Source: Lama glama (lineage: Eukaryota). From it: a stretch of DNA of 64,000 nucleotides. The translations under genes and the position numbers were made by a program. Under the pieces are notes generated by a model that saw nothing but the letters and a program-made list of their open reading frames with translations, made no database searches and was not told the DNA's origin. How positions within the stretch are numbered: the stretch's first letter is position 1; every line of letters begins with the position of its first letter. Where the stretch lies: positions 372,001-436,000 of the forward strand of contig JAPYYK010000093.1 of assembly GCA_028534125.1 (NCBI GenBank), given 5' to 3'. Of the stretch, positions 49,571 to 60,895 are shown piece by piece.

Positions 49571-50152
49571 GTTAACTCTGAAGCTGTCCCCTTGGAGCTG
49601 CCCACCACGCAGGACCGGCATCTCTGGGCTCTTGCAGCGGGCTGCTAGCGATGACGAGGGGAGGGTGGGTTTCAGTAGAATCGGGGAACAGCTCAACCTT
49701 AGGCAGTGAAAGAAGTACCTTTATGATGAAAACAGTACAGACAACAGCTTAGCACCTACAGATCTTAGCCAAGATCTCCCTGGCCCACCCCACTCCACTC
49801 CCCTCTAGCCTCCCCACCCCCCTGCCCATGGAGGGTTTCCTGTGATCTCTCCATGTTCTCAGTGAGATGTAGAATAGATCCCTGGGCTGGCAGCCCTAAA
49901 CTTATGGAACACTGACTTCCTGGGGCTGCTTCCTTGTCAGGAGGGATCAGGTGATCTCAGAGGGCCTCTGGTTTTAAACTGGTACGTTTCTTCTGGCCTC
50001 TTCCTCTTCCCAGGGATCCCATGGGAAGTGGGATATGTGCACAGGAGAACTGACTGTAAGCAAAATAGAACAAGAGTGTGACAGAGCCACCACCCCAGGA
50101 CTGGAAAAATAGCAGCAGCGACAAGGAGGTCAGGGGCAGGTGACCCCTGGCT

Positions 50153-51742
50153 TTATGTTGCTTCTTCAGGTCCAAGGTCAGGCCTGGGCTCCTGGCAGGT
50201 AGGGCCAGCCCAGCCCCAGTAACAGCGGCAGCTGAAGGACTCCCAAGCTCCAGGGCTGCCATCTGGCTGCAGATGCAGAAAGGCTTCCAGCTGTCCTGGG
50301 TCTTGCCAGGCACAACGGCCATGGCCATGGCACCGCTGGTGACTGCAGACCATGGCTGCCCTGGTCACGTTGATCACATAGGGGCCCAGGGTGCCCACTA
50401 GGTAGTCATGGAGATGCCAGCACTCCTCCTGAGGAGAGGGGAGGGATGTATCAATGCTCCTGCTCCATGGCCCTGACATGGGCTTTCCCCAATAATGGGA
50501 CCCCAGCATGGGATGTGTGGTAGGCTGGAGGGGGCAATGATCACCTCAGAGCTGGAGAAACTCAGGTCCCCCCAGAGCACCACGCCGGCTGCCCCCAGTG
50601 CAGCGCTCACACCAATGGTCTGCATGAGTTCATCCTGGAGGCAGAGAGCTGCTAAGCCAGGGCTGGGCTGGCTAGATCCACCTGGGCCTACCTCCACCTT
50701 CCAGAACTTCCGTGGCTCACTACCATGATCTGGTTCCACCTCTAGAGCAGGGCCCCTTGACCTTGAGCCTCTAAGTGGCTTCCAGGCCCTTCACTCAGAG
50801 AATGTCATGCCTCCCCACTCAGACCCCTAGACTTCAGCTTTCACTCACCTGGGACAGGAACCTCCCAGAGCTCCGGTGTGTGAGGCGGGCATAGGCCAGG
50901 ACAGGCAGGGGATGTAGGTGCCCAGTGAAGGCCACACGGAAAGCCTCCTCCAGGCGGTATCGGACAAATGCCTGGTGATGGGCAGGTGGTAGCCGGGGTG
51001 GTAGGTAGATGCTGGGGAAGAGGGCGCTGGAGGCAGCCCAGAGCCAATAGAGTTGGGTGTTGCGGGCCAGGGCAGCTGCATGGCAGTGGCCTGTGTAATT
51101 GGAAGCCTGACCGCGCCAGCCATTGCCACAGGCTGGGTAGCGATAGAAGCCCCAGAGCCCGTGAGGCTGCAGTGCTCGGCCTAGCCGCAATGTGTCCTCC
51201 ATCAGTGCACGGGCTGCCTGTTCAAAGCCAGTACGGGCCTTGTAGAGCTGCTCCTGGGGGTCCAGGTTGGGGAATACCTGCTGTGCCCAAGCCCAGGAGA
51301 CTGCCTGATAGGCGTGGCGGCGGCCCCAGTTCCCGGCCCAGAGTGGACACCATTCCTCCCAGTCCAGCACTGCCAGGCCAGCGAAGCCGGGTAGTAGGCT
51401 GTGGCGGATCTGGTTGGCAGCCTGTGCCAGGTGGCGGTCAAGGGGCACAGCCTGGGGGATGCCCCCATTGTGAGCTGTGCCCCTGGGCCCAAGGTAGGGA
51501 TAGAGGCCGAGTTGATTCTTGTAGAAGATGGTGATATTCTGGCCATGGAAATGCTGACCACGGTTGGCTGTGATGCCCAAGGCCTCCAGTGGCAGGTGCA
51601 CACCAAAGCGGGCCTTACAGCGTGCTGAGGGTACATTCCACAGCACCAAGAAGGGGTGTTCAGGGGCCTGCAGCTGGGGCTGGCCACACCCCAAGCACAG
51701 GGCCACCCCTAGCACCAGGGCCGGGCCTAGCTGCATGGTCAT
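50153..51742 (-). CDS. HYAL3: Hyaluronidase-3, 419 aa
   Basis: Exons 51742-50849 (MTMQLG.., DWEEW catalytic motif), 50634-50545, 50428-50153 (EGF-like [12 protein letters not shown]); 1260 nt. Confidence 0.95.
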
Positions 51743-52688
51743 GCCCCAGGGATGGAAACCTGCAGGAGAAAGGGAGTGTGAGTTTAGAGTCCATGGCCAT
51801 GGCCATACCTTCTGCTCAGCAGAGAAAGTGGGAAGATTTCTCCAGCTCCTCCCCACAAGGAAGGAAGGTGGGAAGAGCATGGTTCCCAAGGGGGTCACAT
51901 GGGCTTCTCACAGCTCAAGATGACCTGGGTAGGTACCCTTCCATGTTGTCCATTTCTGTCATGACAACACTGTGCCCTCTGACATCTCCCCCATCCACAG
52001 CTCTCACAAGTCCCCTCTTTCCTCTGCCCATCTTGTTTCCTGCCCCAAGAACATTCAGCCCCGACCCTGCCTGGCTTAATTCCTACTCAGCACTCAGATC
52101 TCTGCTGTGCCATCACCTAGGTCTGATCTCCAAGTGGAATGAGGGCACTTGAGCTCCCACTGACTCAGCATGGATCCTGCCACTGTATGCCTGCCCTGTC
52201 CCTTGGGTCCAGAGCCTGTCTGTCCAGTTCCCCATAGCCTGTGCCCAATCCAGGGCCTGACACACAGCAGGTGCTCAGTAAATAATGATGAGTGAGTGAA
52301 TGTGGAAGGAAACAGAAACCCTGTCCCCTGGGCCTGGTAGAGTGAGGGGAGGAAAGGGAAGATGTCCCTCCATCCATGGCCCTAAGGCCAAGGTGGATCT
52401 GGGGGCTCCTGCAGGCATAGGGGACCTAAGACAAGGCTGGGAGGTGGGGGTGAGGGTCAACAAATACACTGTCACAGCCACACCCAAGAGAAGCCTTTAT
52501 TCAGCCACACTGAGAGCTCTGAGCTACAGCCATGGAGCCATCTCCTGGCCCCACTGGCACTTGGGAAATGTGCCCAGGCCAAAGCTGCCCCCAGAACCTA
52601 GAAGCTGAGGATGGCCAGTGGGCTGAGGCTGGTACTGTCCTGGGCAGTCAACTGACCCGGAAAGACAGTGTCTTGCACTGGGTAGTCC

Positions 52689-53519
52689 TCAGATGTCTTT
52701 TTCCATCCAGAACACAGGGCATCCTCTCAGGTCGTGGTATTGTGTTTCCAGCAGGCTTTGTGGAGGGGGCCCTGCTGGAGGTCGGGGTAAGGTGGTCAAG
52801 GGCTCAGGCAGGGGAGGGGGTGGTGGCAATGATGGCTCCTTTGGGGCTCTTGGGGCAGCTTGGGCACTCAGGCTAGTGGCCTTGACAGGTGGCCGGGGAA
52901 AGGGAACCCTGGGGAAGGCATTGAGCAGGGTGGTGGGCAGCCGCCGGCTGGTGAAGACCAGGCCCTGCACAGGCTCACCCAGCTGGTAGCCCAGGTGGGC
53001 ATAAAAGTGTAGCTGGTCATGGGTGGTGAGGTGTAGCCGGCGGAAGCCCCGGGCGTGAGCAAAGGCCTCCAGGCCCTCCATGAGGCGGCGGCCAAAGCCA
53101 CGGCCCCTCAGGGCCCGGGCCACCACCACTGTCTCCACTAGGAGGCTCTGGGGCCGGTCCAGCACCCGTGACAGGCGGGCATGGCCCACCACAATGGGGG
53201 CTGCCTCGGGCGTGGGACAGGGGCTCAGCAGCATCAAGCAGAGGGGGAAGGCGTCTGAGGACTGGCCCAGGGAGTGCAGGCGGGAGGCACGGCTGCGGGG
53301 CCACTGCTCATTGATGAGGTCGGCACAGGCATCCAGGAGCTCAGGTCGGCAGTGCACAGGCTCCAGGGTCAGCTCAGCCAGGTTGGGGGCTGGGGTCTCC
53401 TCTGGCTGGCGTGCAGGATCCAGCGTCAGCTTGGCCAGGTTGGATCTCAGGGTCACCTCTGGCTGGCATGCAGGATCCAGAGTTAGTTGGGGTGGGCTGG
53501 TACTCAGGATCAGCTCCAC
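52689..53519 (-). CDS. NAA80: Actin N-alpha-acetyltransferase 80 (NAT6/FUS2), nested in HYAL3 intron 1; first codon is GTG
   Basis: Single-exon ORF with GNAT motif RGRGFG, polyproline loop, C-terminus FWMEKDI*; AATAAA at 52496-52501 (minus). Confidence 0.92.
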   Translation of the reverse strand: MELILSTSPPQLTLDPACQPEVTLRSNLAKLTLDPARQPEETPAPNLAELTLEPVHCRPELLDACADLINEQWPRSRASRLHSLGQSSDAFPLCLMLLSPCPTPEAAPIVVGHARLSRVLDRPQSLLVETVVVARALRGRGFGRRLMEGLEAFAHARGFRRLHLTTHDQLHFYAHLGYQLGEPVQGLVFTSRRLPTTLLNAFPRVPFPRPPVKATSLSAQAAPRAPKEPSLPPPPPLPEPLTTLPRPPAGPPPQSLLETQYHDLRGCPVFWMEKDI

Positions 53520-55227
53520 CTGGTATGTAGGGTCTAGGGTAGGGGTCAGCTTGGCTGGGCCAGGGCTGAGTCAGCTCTTGCCTACATGGAGGATCCAGGC
53601 TCAGCTGAGTCAGGCTAGGAACCAAGGTTATCTCCTGCTGGGTTGCAGGTAGCTCAGTCCCAGGCAAGGGGTTATGCCACAGTCTCCAAGCAGTGTTATC
53701 GCCTCAGACCACAAGAGAGCATCCTGTGGACAACAGCCATGCTGGGCTGTGCCAGAAGGGAGGATGGGGTTGGGGCAAAGAGTGGCTGACAGAGTGCTAG
53801 GGAGGGCCACACATCCTCATACTGGTGGGCTGCACCCTGCCCCCATATTCATTTGATGGCACCGGTGAGCTGGAGGATCCCATCCCCTATACCTGGGGGA
53901 GCTGACTCAGGTGGAGAGCAGAGTGGATGGGCCCAGGATGCCCTGCCTTACACTGGACAGAGACTGAGGGTTAAAGGCTGGGGCAGAACTCAAAAGAGTC
54001 CTGGCCTCAGCCTGCTCTGGCTACAGCTTTGTCCTCCCCAGGACAGTGGATCCAGCCCTATACCATGGCAACTGGCTGGCCAGTGGACAGAAGATGCAAA
54101 CTAGACACCACAACCCCCTGCTTAACCCCTGCATTCCCTTTGGAGGAAACACAGCTACCCCCAGAAACTCTGCTGTCCCACCCTTCTCTCTCTACTCCAG
54201 GTCCCAGCCTTTTTGACCACCTGGGTCGTGCCTACTACCTAACAGATCCTGGGACACCATTCACCCACCCATCAGGCTCAATTTTCCCCTGCCTGGATTG
54301 CCTTCCCTGCCTGGGACACAGAGTTCATGGCCCCCTCCCCCAAACTGCCCAGTTCAGGGCACTTTAACTGGGCAAGGACCCACTTGTCCCCTCAGAAAGG
54401 GCCCCAGCAGCTGTAGCAAGGGGCCAGGCGCACATAGCAATGTGGCTCCTACAGACCTGGTTCCCCACTGGCCTGAGTTTCGTAGCCACCATAGATAAGA
54501 ACCACAGCTTCCTTCCTACATCCACAGGGGTGTCCAACGGCCACCAGGCTGGGGGCTCAGACCTCTTGCCCCCAAAGTCCAATGTCTGCCCATCCTACCC
54601 CAGGCTCTGCTGGCAGGAGGGTCTATGCTGGGGGAATTCTAATGGCAGGTGGCCGCTGGGCCCTACCCTTCTACTCACCTGCTCCAGAGGGGATGCCCTG
54701 GCTCCCCTTTACCTCCTCCCCCAGGAAGGCCTCCTGAGCTTGAGGCCAGTCCCACACTGGTCAGTAACAGGCAGCCCCCTCCCCTCACACCAAGTCCCAC
54801 TCAGAGGGCTGTAAGTTCCTCACCTGCATCAGCCACCTCCACAGCAGTTGCACCCCTGGACCAGGAGGGAGGAAGCCCGAAGATCCGCCCCTGGGCCTGG
54901 AGCCCCAAACTTCCCCCGCGAGCTTAACCCATTCTGTGCCGACCCCACCCACTGCGGGCGGGGCTCCCGGGTCCTCAGAGGGGGCAGTCTCTCCTGCCTC
55001 GGTTTCCCCCTTCTTCCCAGTGTGTGACAAACCGTGGAGTTTGGGGGTGGAAGCTTCGGGAGCTTGACTTTGGGTGGGTGTGGCTCGGCATGCTCTGGGA
55101 GGGAAAGATAGACGCAAAGAGGGCATGCAGGGCGGCAGAGTCACTTGAGGACAGTACGTATGGCAGACGCGAAGAGCGGGAGACAATGAAGATGAACACG
55201 CCAAGCGTGGGGAGGGGGCACTACTGA

Positions 55228-55640
55228 CATGCTGACGCCGTACTCCGGGATGCTCCGCGTCCACGATCCGCACGAATCGGTATCTCGCTCTCTGTCTCGG
55301 ACTCCTCCGGCCGCCCGCGCTGGCCCCTAGCGGTGCGGCGGTCGCACTGCAGCCGTCACGGCCCGCGGCGCACCACTTCCGGCGTCTCCCGAGTTGCGCG
55401 GCCGCCGCCTAGGCCCCGCCCCCGCCTAGGCCCCGCCCCCGGCCGTGAGTGTCATAACACTACCCCAACGCAGATCGGGCTTCTGCCCTGGCTCCACCTC
55501 TGCCTCGCCTGTCCTTGCTTGTCCGGGCCCAGTGAGTTCCGACTGAGCGCGGGCTCTGTCTCGGGTTGGCTGGGCTTCTGTCTTGTCTCGCCTCGCCTCG
55601 CCCCGCCCCAGGCTCAGATAGGTCTCGCCTCTGCTCCGCT
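55228..55640 (-). promoter_or_regulatory. Shared HYAL3/NAA80 CpG promoter and non-coding exon 1
   Basis: CpG island; ETS CCGGAAGTG 55374-55382; tandem 17-bp GC-box duplication CCGCCTAGGCCCCGCCC 55405-55438; candidate donor CAT|GTCAGT near 55228. Confidence 0.65.
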
Positions 55641-56391
55641 TTGTCTTAGCTCACGTGGGGCTTCTGCCCCAGTCCAGGGTGCGACTGGTCAGGTGGAGCT
55701 TCCTCCTGGAATTTGGGCCCCACCCTGGGAAGCAGCCGCCCTCAGACAGACATCAGCTCTGAGTGAGAGAACTTTTCTTGTGCCTTCTGGATCCCAGCGC
55801 CTGCACGTATTACGCGCTCAATAAACAGCTCTTGAAGCAAGAGTCATGTCTGCTTTATTTGCGAGGCTGATATCTCTGAGCGGATTCAGGTTGCACAGGG
55901 CTGTTTACCATCAACACACAATAGGGGCCAAAGGGTTCTACCTCTATAGCCAGGCAGCCTGGTTTGAATCTCAGCGCCTTCATTTTCTGGCTGTGCAACC
56001 TTGGGCAAAGTGCTTACCCTCCCTGTATGTGCATGTTTCCTCATAACGTCGTGTTAAGATTGCACAATTAAGTTAGCCTACTTAAAAGGCTTAGCACAGG
56101 ACTTGGAAAGAGTAGACGTCCACTGAATGTCAGTTCTTACGATGGCTTAAGTTTAAAGACTTGCTCAGTGTCTCTGGAAGAAATATTTTTGACCATGCTG
56201 GGTGGGTTTCCAAGGCTCTAACTCCTTATGCAACTATCCTGGTCTGTAAGCACGTGTGCATGTGCTGGCATAGGCTCATGACTGGCTGAGTGTACTTCTG
56301 ACTGTGACCATGATACGTGTGACTGCCTGTACTTGAGAGAGCCACAGCCAGTCCCAGAGTGCACTAGGTACTCAAGGTGTGCATGTGCCAA

Positions 56392-58243
56392 TCACCACAT
56401 GCCCTGCTGCTCACACCATGTTCCTCTCCACCCACGGTAGCAGCGACATTTGAACTTCTCAGCCATCTGCACCCAATCCTCCAGTAAGAGGGCACCTCGT
56501 AGGGTCAGCTGTCCACCACCAGGCATGGGCTTGATGGAGAAACTGGTGGGGCTGAAGTTGAGGAGGGCCTCAGGGTGGCTGAGGCGCCGGGCACAGCGGC
56601 CATGGCCAGAGCACAGGGCTTGACTGCACAGAAGCGCCCCGCTGGTCACATTCAGGATGAAAGGCCCCAGCGTCGTGTCAACATACTCCTTGATGGCCTG
56701 GCATGACTCCTAGGTGGGAAGGGATGTGTCAGGGACATCACGGCCAGGCACGGGCCCAGCTAGGGCATCGAGGCATTCACCTGCGAATCAGCCAGGACTG
56801 CAAGGGTAAAGGGTAGGCCAGCATCTCCCCAGTCAGCCTGGCAGCCCCACCCCTGCCCCCACCCTCACCCCCATCCTGGGCCTGAGCTCACCTTGGTTCT
56901 CGTGTTCTCCCAGCTCACCCAGAGCACCACTCCTGCCGCCCCCTGGGCTGCGCTCTCCCCCAGACTGTGCTCCAGCTCCTCCTGGAGAAAGGACAGCATA
57001 GCTCTGTGGGGCCTCCCTCCCTCCCCACAGCAGACTGACATGACACTATTGGATAGGACAAATCATTCATAACCCCCACCTGGGGCTGCTCTAACCCTAG
57101 TGGCCAGAGGCAGGCTTGCCCTGACTCTAGCCTGTGAGTGCCCTGCAGGCAGGGACTCTCTTTCTGATGAATGTTGAGTCTGTGCAAAGCAGAGCTTGGC
57201 ACACAGCAGGTGCTCAAAGACTGTGAGAGGGAATAGATGAGGGTGCCCCAAGGTTAAAGTGCCCCAGGGCTGTGTGGCCTCAGTTGTTGGACTAATGCCA
57301 GACAAGGTAGGCTATGACGTGGGCAGGGTCACAGGAGACTTACCAGGGGCAGAAAGTGGTTAGTCATGTCGTAGAAGATCTGGACGTAGGGTAGCACTGG
57401 CAGACTAGGGTCCCCAGCACCCACAGCCACACGGAATGCCTCACTCACTCGGTGCCGCACATACATCTGTGCCTTCCTTGTGCCCTCCATGGCCGCAGGT
57501 ATGTAGATGCTGGGGTAGAGGGCACGGCTCTGGCTCCACAGCCACCCCAGCTGGTCATTCTGGGCACGGATACTTGGTGGGCACTGGCCTGTGTAGTTGG
57601 GGTTTAAAAAGTCATAGTTATAGCAGTCAGGGAAGCCATAGAAGCCCCACAGGCCACGAGGCCGCAGTGCTTGCCCCAGCTTGAGGGTGCCTGCCATCCA
57701 GGCCTGCGCAGCCCCCTGGAACTGGTCCTGAGCTGCTGCCTCCACCCAAGGAGCTGGCCAGTAGGGGTGCTGCCTCTGTACCAGAGCCCGTGAGCGCTGC
57801 CGATAAATTTCCTTGGTGTCCCAGTTGAAGGCCCAGCGTGGGCGCCATGCCTCCCAGTCAATGACCGCCAGCCCTGAGAAGTCAGATGCAGGCATGGCGG
57901 CCAGGATGTCCTGGAATGTGCGGACCAGGTGGGCATCCAGGCTGGCATTCTGAGGCAGGCCACCAAACACGGGTTCCCCAGCAGACGTGTAGTAAGGGTA
58001 GGTACCCAGCTGGGAGCTGTAGAAAATGGTCATGTTAGGGCCGCGGAAGTCCTGCCCCGGGTTGGCCACCACATCAAAGACACTGACATCCACGTCCACG
58101 CCGTGTTTCTCCAGACACCATTGGGTGTTTGCATTCCAGACGGTGGTGAAGGGCCGGTTGGGTACCACAGGGCCCCTGGAGCCTTGAGCCATGCTGAGCA
58201 AGTTCAGGAAGAGGGTGCAGATGGGAAGCAGGTGGGCTGCCAT
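56392..58243 (-). CDS. HYAL1: Hyaluronidase-1, 435 aa
   Basis: Exons 58243-57344 (DWEAW motif), 56981-56892, 56709-56392; 1308 nt; AATAAA 55854-55859 (minus). Confidence 0.96.
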
Positions 58244-58765
58244 GGCCCAGGGCAGGTCTAGGGAAACCTGGCCAAGGGAGGTAGAGCTGAGAGCGGGCCT
58301 AGAACTCTCTGACCCCTACTGAGGGCAGGCAGGCCAAGCCCCTTGCTCATTAATCCACCTCTGTTCTGACTTCAGGTAAATATTGACCTGCAGTGCTCAG
58401 GGAAGTCAGAGGGTAAAGGAGAGGCATTGAGGGGAACATGGCCACTAGACGGTACATCCACATTGCCTCTTGGGCTGGGCCTCTGCCCCTTGTCTCCCAC
58501 AGGCCTCCCCTTGGCCTCAATTCACCCACCCCCTCTTTCCCGAGGGCCACAGAAGCCATGGCATCTGTTTTGAGAAGAGCAGCTGAGAGCCAGGCCCTCA
58601 GCCCCCAGGCTGACCAACTGGTGGGGGCAGGGGCCAGGGAGTCTTTCCTGTCTCTTCTCCCAGGAATCCTGGCCAGCCACTGGAGGAGGGGATGCTCAGT
58701 GACCAAGGAAAGGTCAGCCCAGCCCTCCTGTACGCCCGCCAGTCTGCCCACTTGTCCCTGCTGAC

Positions 58766-58960
58766 CTCAGGGCTGAAGGGCCTCATTCTCCAAACTTCCT
58801 GACCCCAGGGTGGTGCGGGCCTCGGCCCGGCTCAGCAAGATTCTGTTCCTTAACTCTGGCTCCAGCTGCACCAGGACTCTTGGAGGAAGAAGCTGCTGCT
58901 GGAAACTCTGAGCTTTTGTAGGGGTCACCCCACCCAGTCTGGGGGCGGGCTGAGGGGGTG
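58766..58960 (-). promoter_or_regulatory. HYAL1 promoter and non-coding exon 1
   Basis: TACAAAA TATA-like at 58914-58920, GC box near 58941, donor GAG|GTCAGC at 58766, acceptor at 58267. Confidence 0.55.
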
Positions 58961-59223
58961 GGCCCTGGGTTGGAGGGCTGGGCCAGACAGCACAGCCATG
59001 TCTGCACTCCTAGCAAAGTGCCCTCCATAGGACGTGGGGCTGGGCCGGAAGTGGCCCCTCCCACTCTGTCAGCTGGAGCTGGACTTTGTGGCTTTATTTG
59101 GCATGGTTGGGGGGAGGCAGCGCAGGGAGGCTGTCTGGGTGGCAGATTCAACGAGGCAGGCCTGTCTGTGATACTGGAGTCTAGGTGCCTCAGGATGGTA
59201 CAGCCAGGGAGTGTACTTCCCTG

Positions 59224-59469
59224 CATGGCTGCGTTAGGACATCTATGGGCCTCAGGCATTTTTGCCTTTGTTGGCCCCTTCATCCAAAAAATATTTTAAA
59301 GTATATTTTACAACTATATTGGTAGGTATAATCCAGACTGAGTTCATTATTATATAGTCATTATTATAAACTTCTCTTATAATCAAAAAAGATTAAATTA
59401 AAATATTTTGGGGCCCATCTAAGTACTGTGGCCCTGTGCCTACTGTGCCCAGTGGGTAAGTCATCCCTG
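59224..59469. mobile_element. hAT-family MITE (MER53-like)
   Basis: GGGCCC-rich subterminal arms flanking an AT-rich core, ends ..TCATCCCTG; family assignment from memory. Confidence 0.5.
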
Positions 59470-60411
59470 CTCCAGGGACCTGTGTCTGAAAGGCACTGTG
59501 TTCCTGAAGTCAGGGCTGCATTTCCCCATTTGTATACGTGCTGGATCAGGGACCATGTCTTGGTGAAGCCCCAGTTACTGGACATTGGGGCTTCCCCACA
59601 AACTCCAGTAGAGTGTTTATGTATGTGAGAATGGAACCCTGTTGTCTTACGAGCATGAAACCCTGTGCTTGTGTGATCACGGTATGAGCACAGGAATATC
59701 AGTGATGGCATGTCTGTTCATCCCTTTGTGATTTCACTTGCTTGCTTGCTGATTCAGAAGCTAGTAACAGACCTGCTAAATGCCCAGGCCCAGGCTTGCC
59801 TGCCAGGGTGGGGTAAAGGAAATCTCATGTCCCAGGCCCAGGTGAAAGCACGGCTGGGATCTACAGCTCAGTCTGAATCTGAGGTCTTGGCTCTCTGGCA
59901 CAGTGGTCACTAGAGCAGTGACCCAGTTGGCTATCATCTGGATTGGTCCGTCCAGGCTCGCTAGAATGTAGCTGGCAGGGCTAACGGGGAGGAGGGCCCA
60001 GGGCACTGGGGGCTGTGGGCACATCAGCCACGACCCAAACATGGGATCTAGCCACAGAGGTGGTAGCTACGGATCCTGTTCAGAAAGCAGGGTCCATTAA
60101 TGTTACAGAGCCTGGCAGAACTCCAGGGGCTAAGGGGACAGGAGAACATGAGGTAGTCCCGACCCCCTCCCCAAGGCTCCATGCTACCTCCCAAAACTGG
60201 GGTAACTCTGAGGTTACTCCCAGAGACCTAGGGCTGCAATTGGCACAACTGGGCCAACCAGCAGACCAGCATTCTCTAGCTCAACTCAGCCCCAGGGAGA
60301 AGCGACTATGGTGGAATAGCAGAAGCAGCTCTGGGGCTTGAAGCCATCCTCCACCCAGGGCCCTGCCACAGGGCTGCTCCTGCGGAGCTGGACTGGTCGG
60401 ATTGGTTACAG

Positions 60412-60458
60412 TAGTGAGTGAGAGTGAGTGAGTGTGAGTGTGTGTGAGTGTGTGTGTG
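60412..60458 (+). repeat. (GTGA/GT)n microsatellite
   Basis: agtgagtgagagtgagtgagtgtgagtgtgtgtgagtgtgtgtgtg. Confidence 0.8.
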
Positions 60459-60649
60459 GTGGAGATGGGAGGTCAGTCCAGCTTCCCAGTGCAGCAATGC
60501 CTGCTCTCTCAGGTTGTGTTACCTCAGGCCTCTGAGTCACCTCACTCCCCATCACCCCCACCCACAGGACAGCTGTTCCTGCTGCTCTATCTGTTCCCAA
60601 GTTGTACTTTCCCCAAGGCTGTCTTCCAGGTCCTCCTGGGGAAGTGATG

Positions 60650-60895
60650 TGAGGTGGTCACAGGTTTGTATGGAGGGTCATGGAAGGGTAGGCACAGGTC
60701 ACAAGCAGTGTAGAGGTCACAGAGATTTGGGAAAGGTAAGAGCTGTGTAGGGTCACACAAGTAGGGGAATCAGCTTTGCATATAGTGGGTTACAGGTATG
60801 TAGGGGGTCACAGCTAAGTAGGCAAGGTCACAGCTGTGTGTGGGGGTCACAGTTAGGTAGGGAAGTCACAGGTGTGGGGGAGATAGGTCACAGCT
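60650..60895 (+). repeat. Degenerate tandem array of (A/G)GGTCACAG units
   Basis: About 11 GGTCA(C)-like cores spaced 15-40 bp. Confidence 0.7.

Noticed and set aside
51743-51898. N-terminal extension of HYAL3 in the 354-aa ORF
   Set aside because: Runs through the splice acceptor at 51759 into intron sequence
60650-60895. Repeat-spacer-like pattern as a CRISPR array
   Set aside because: Mammalian DNA, short degenerate repeats, irregular spacing, no cas genes
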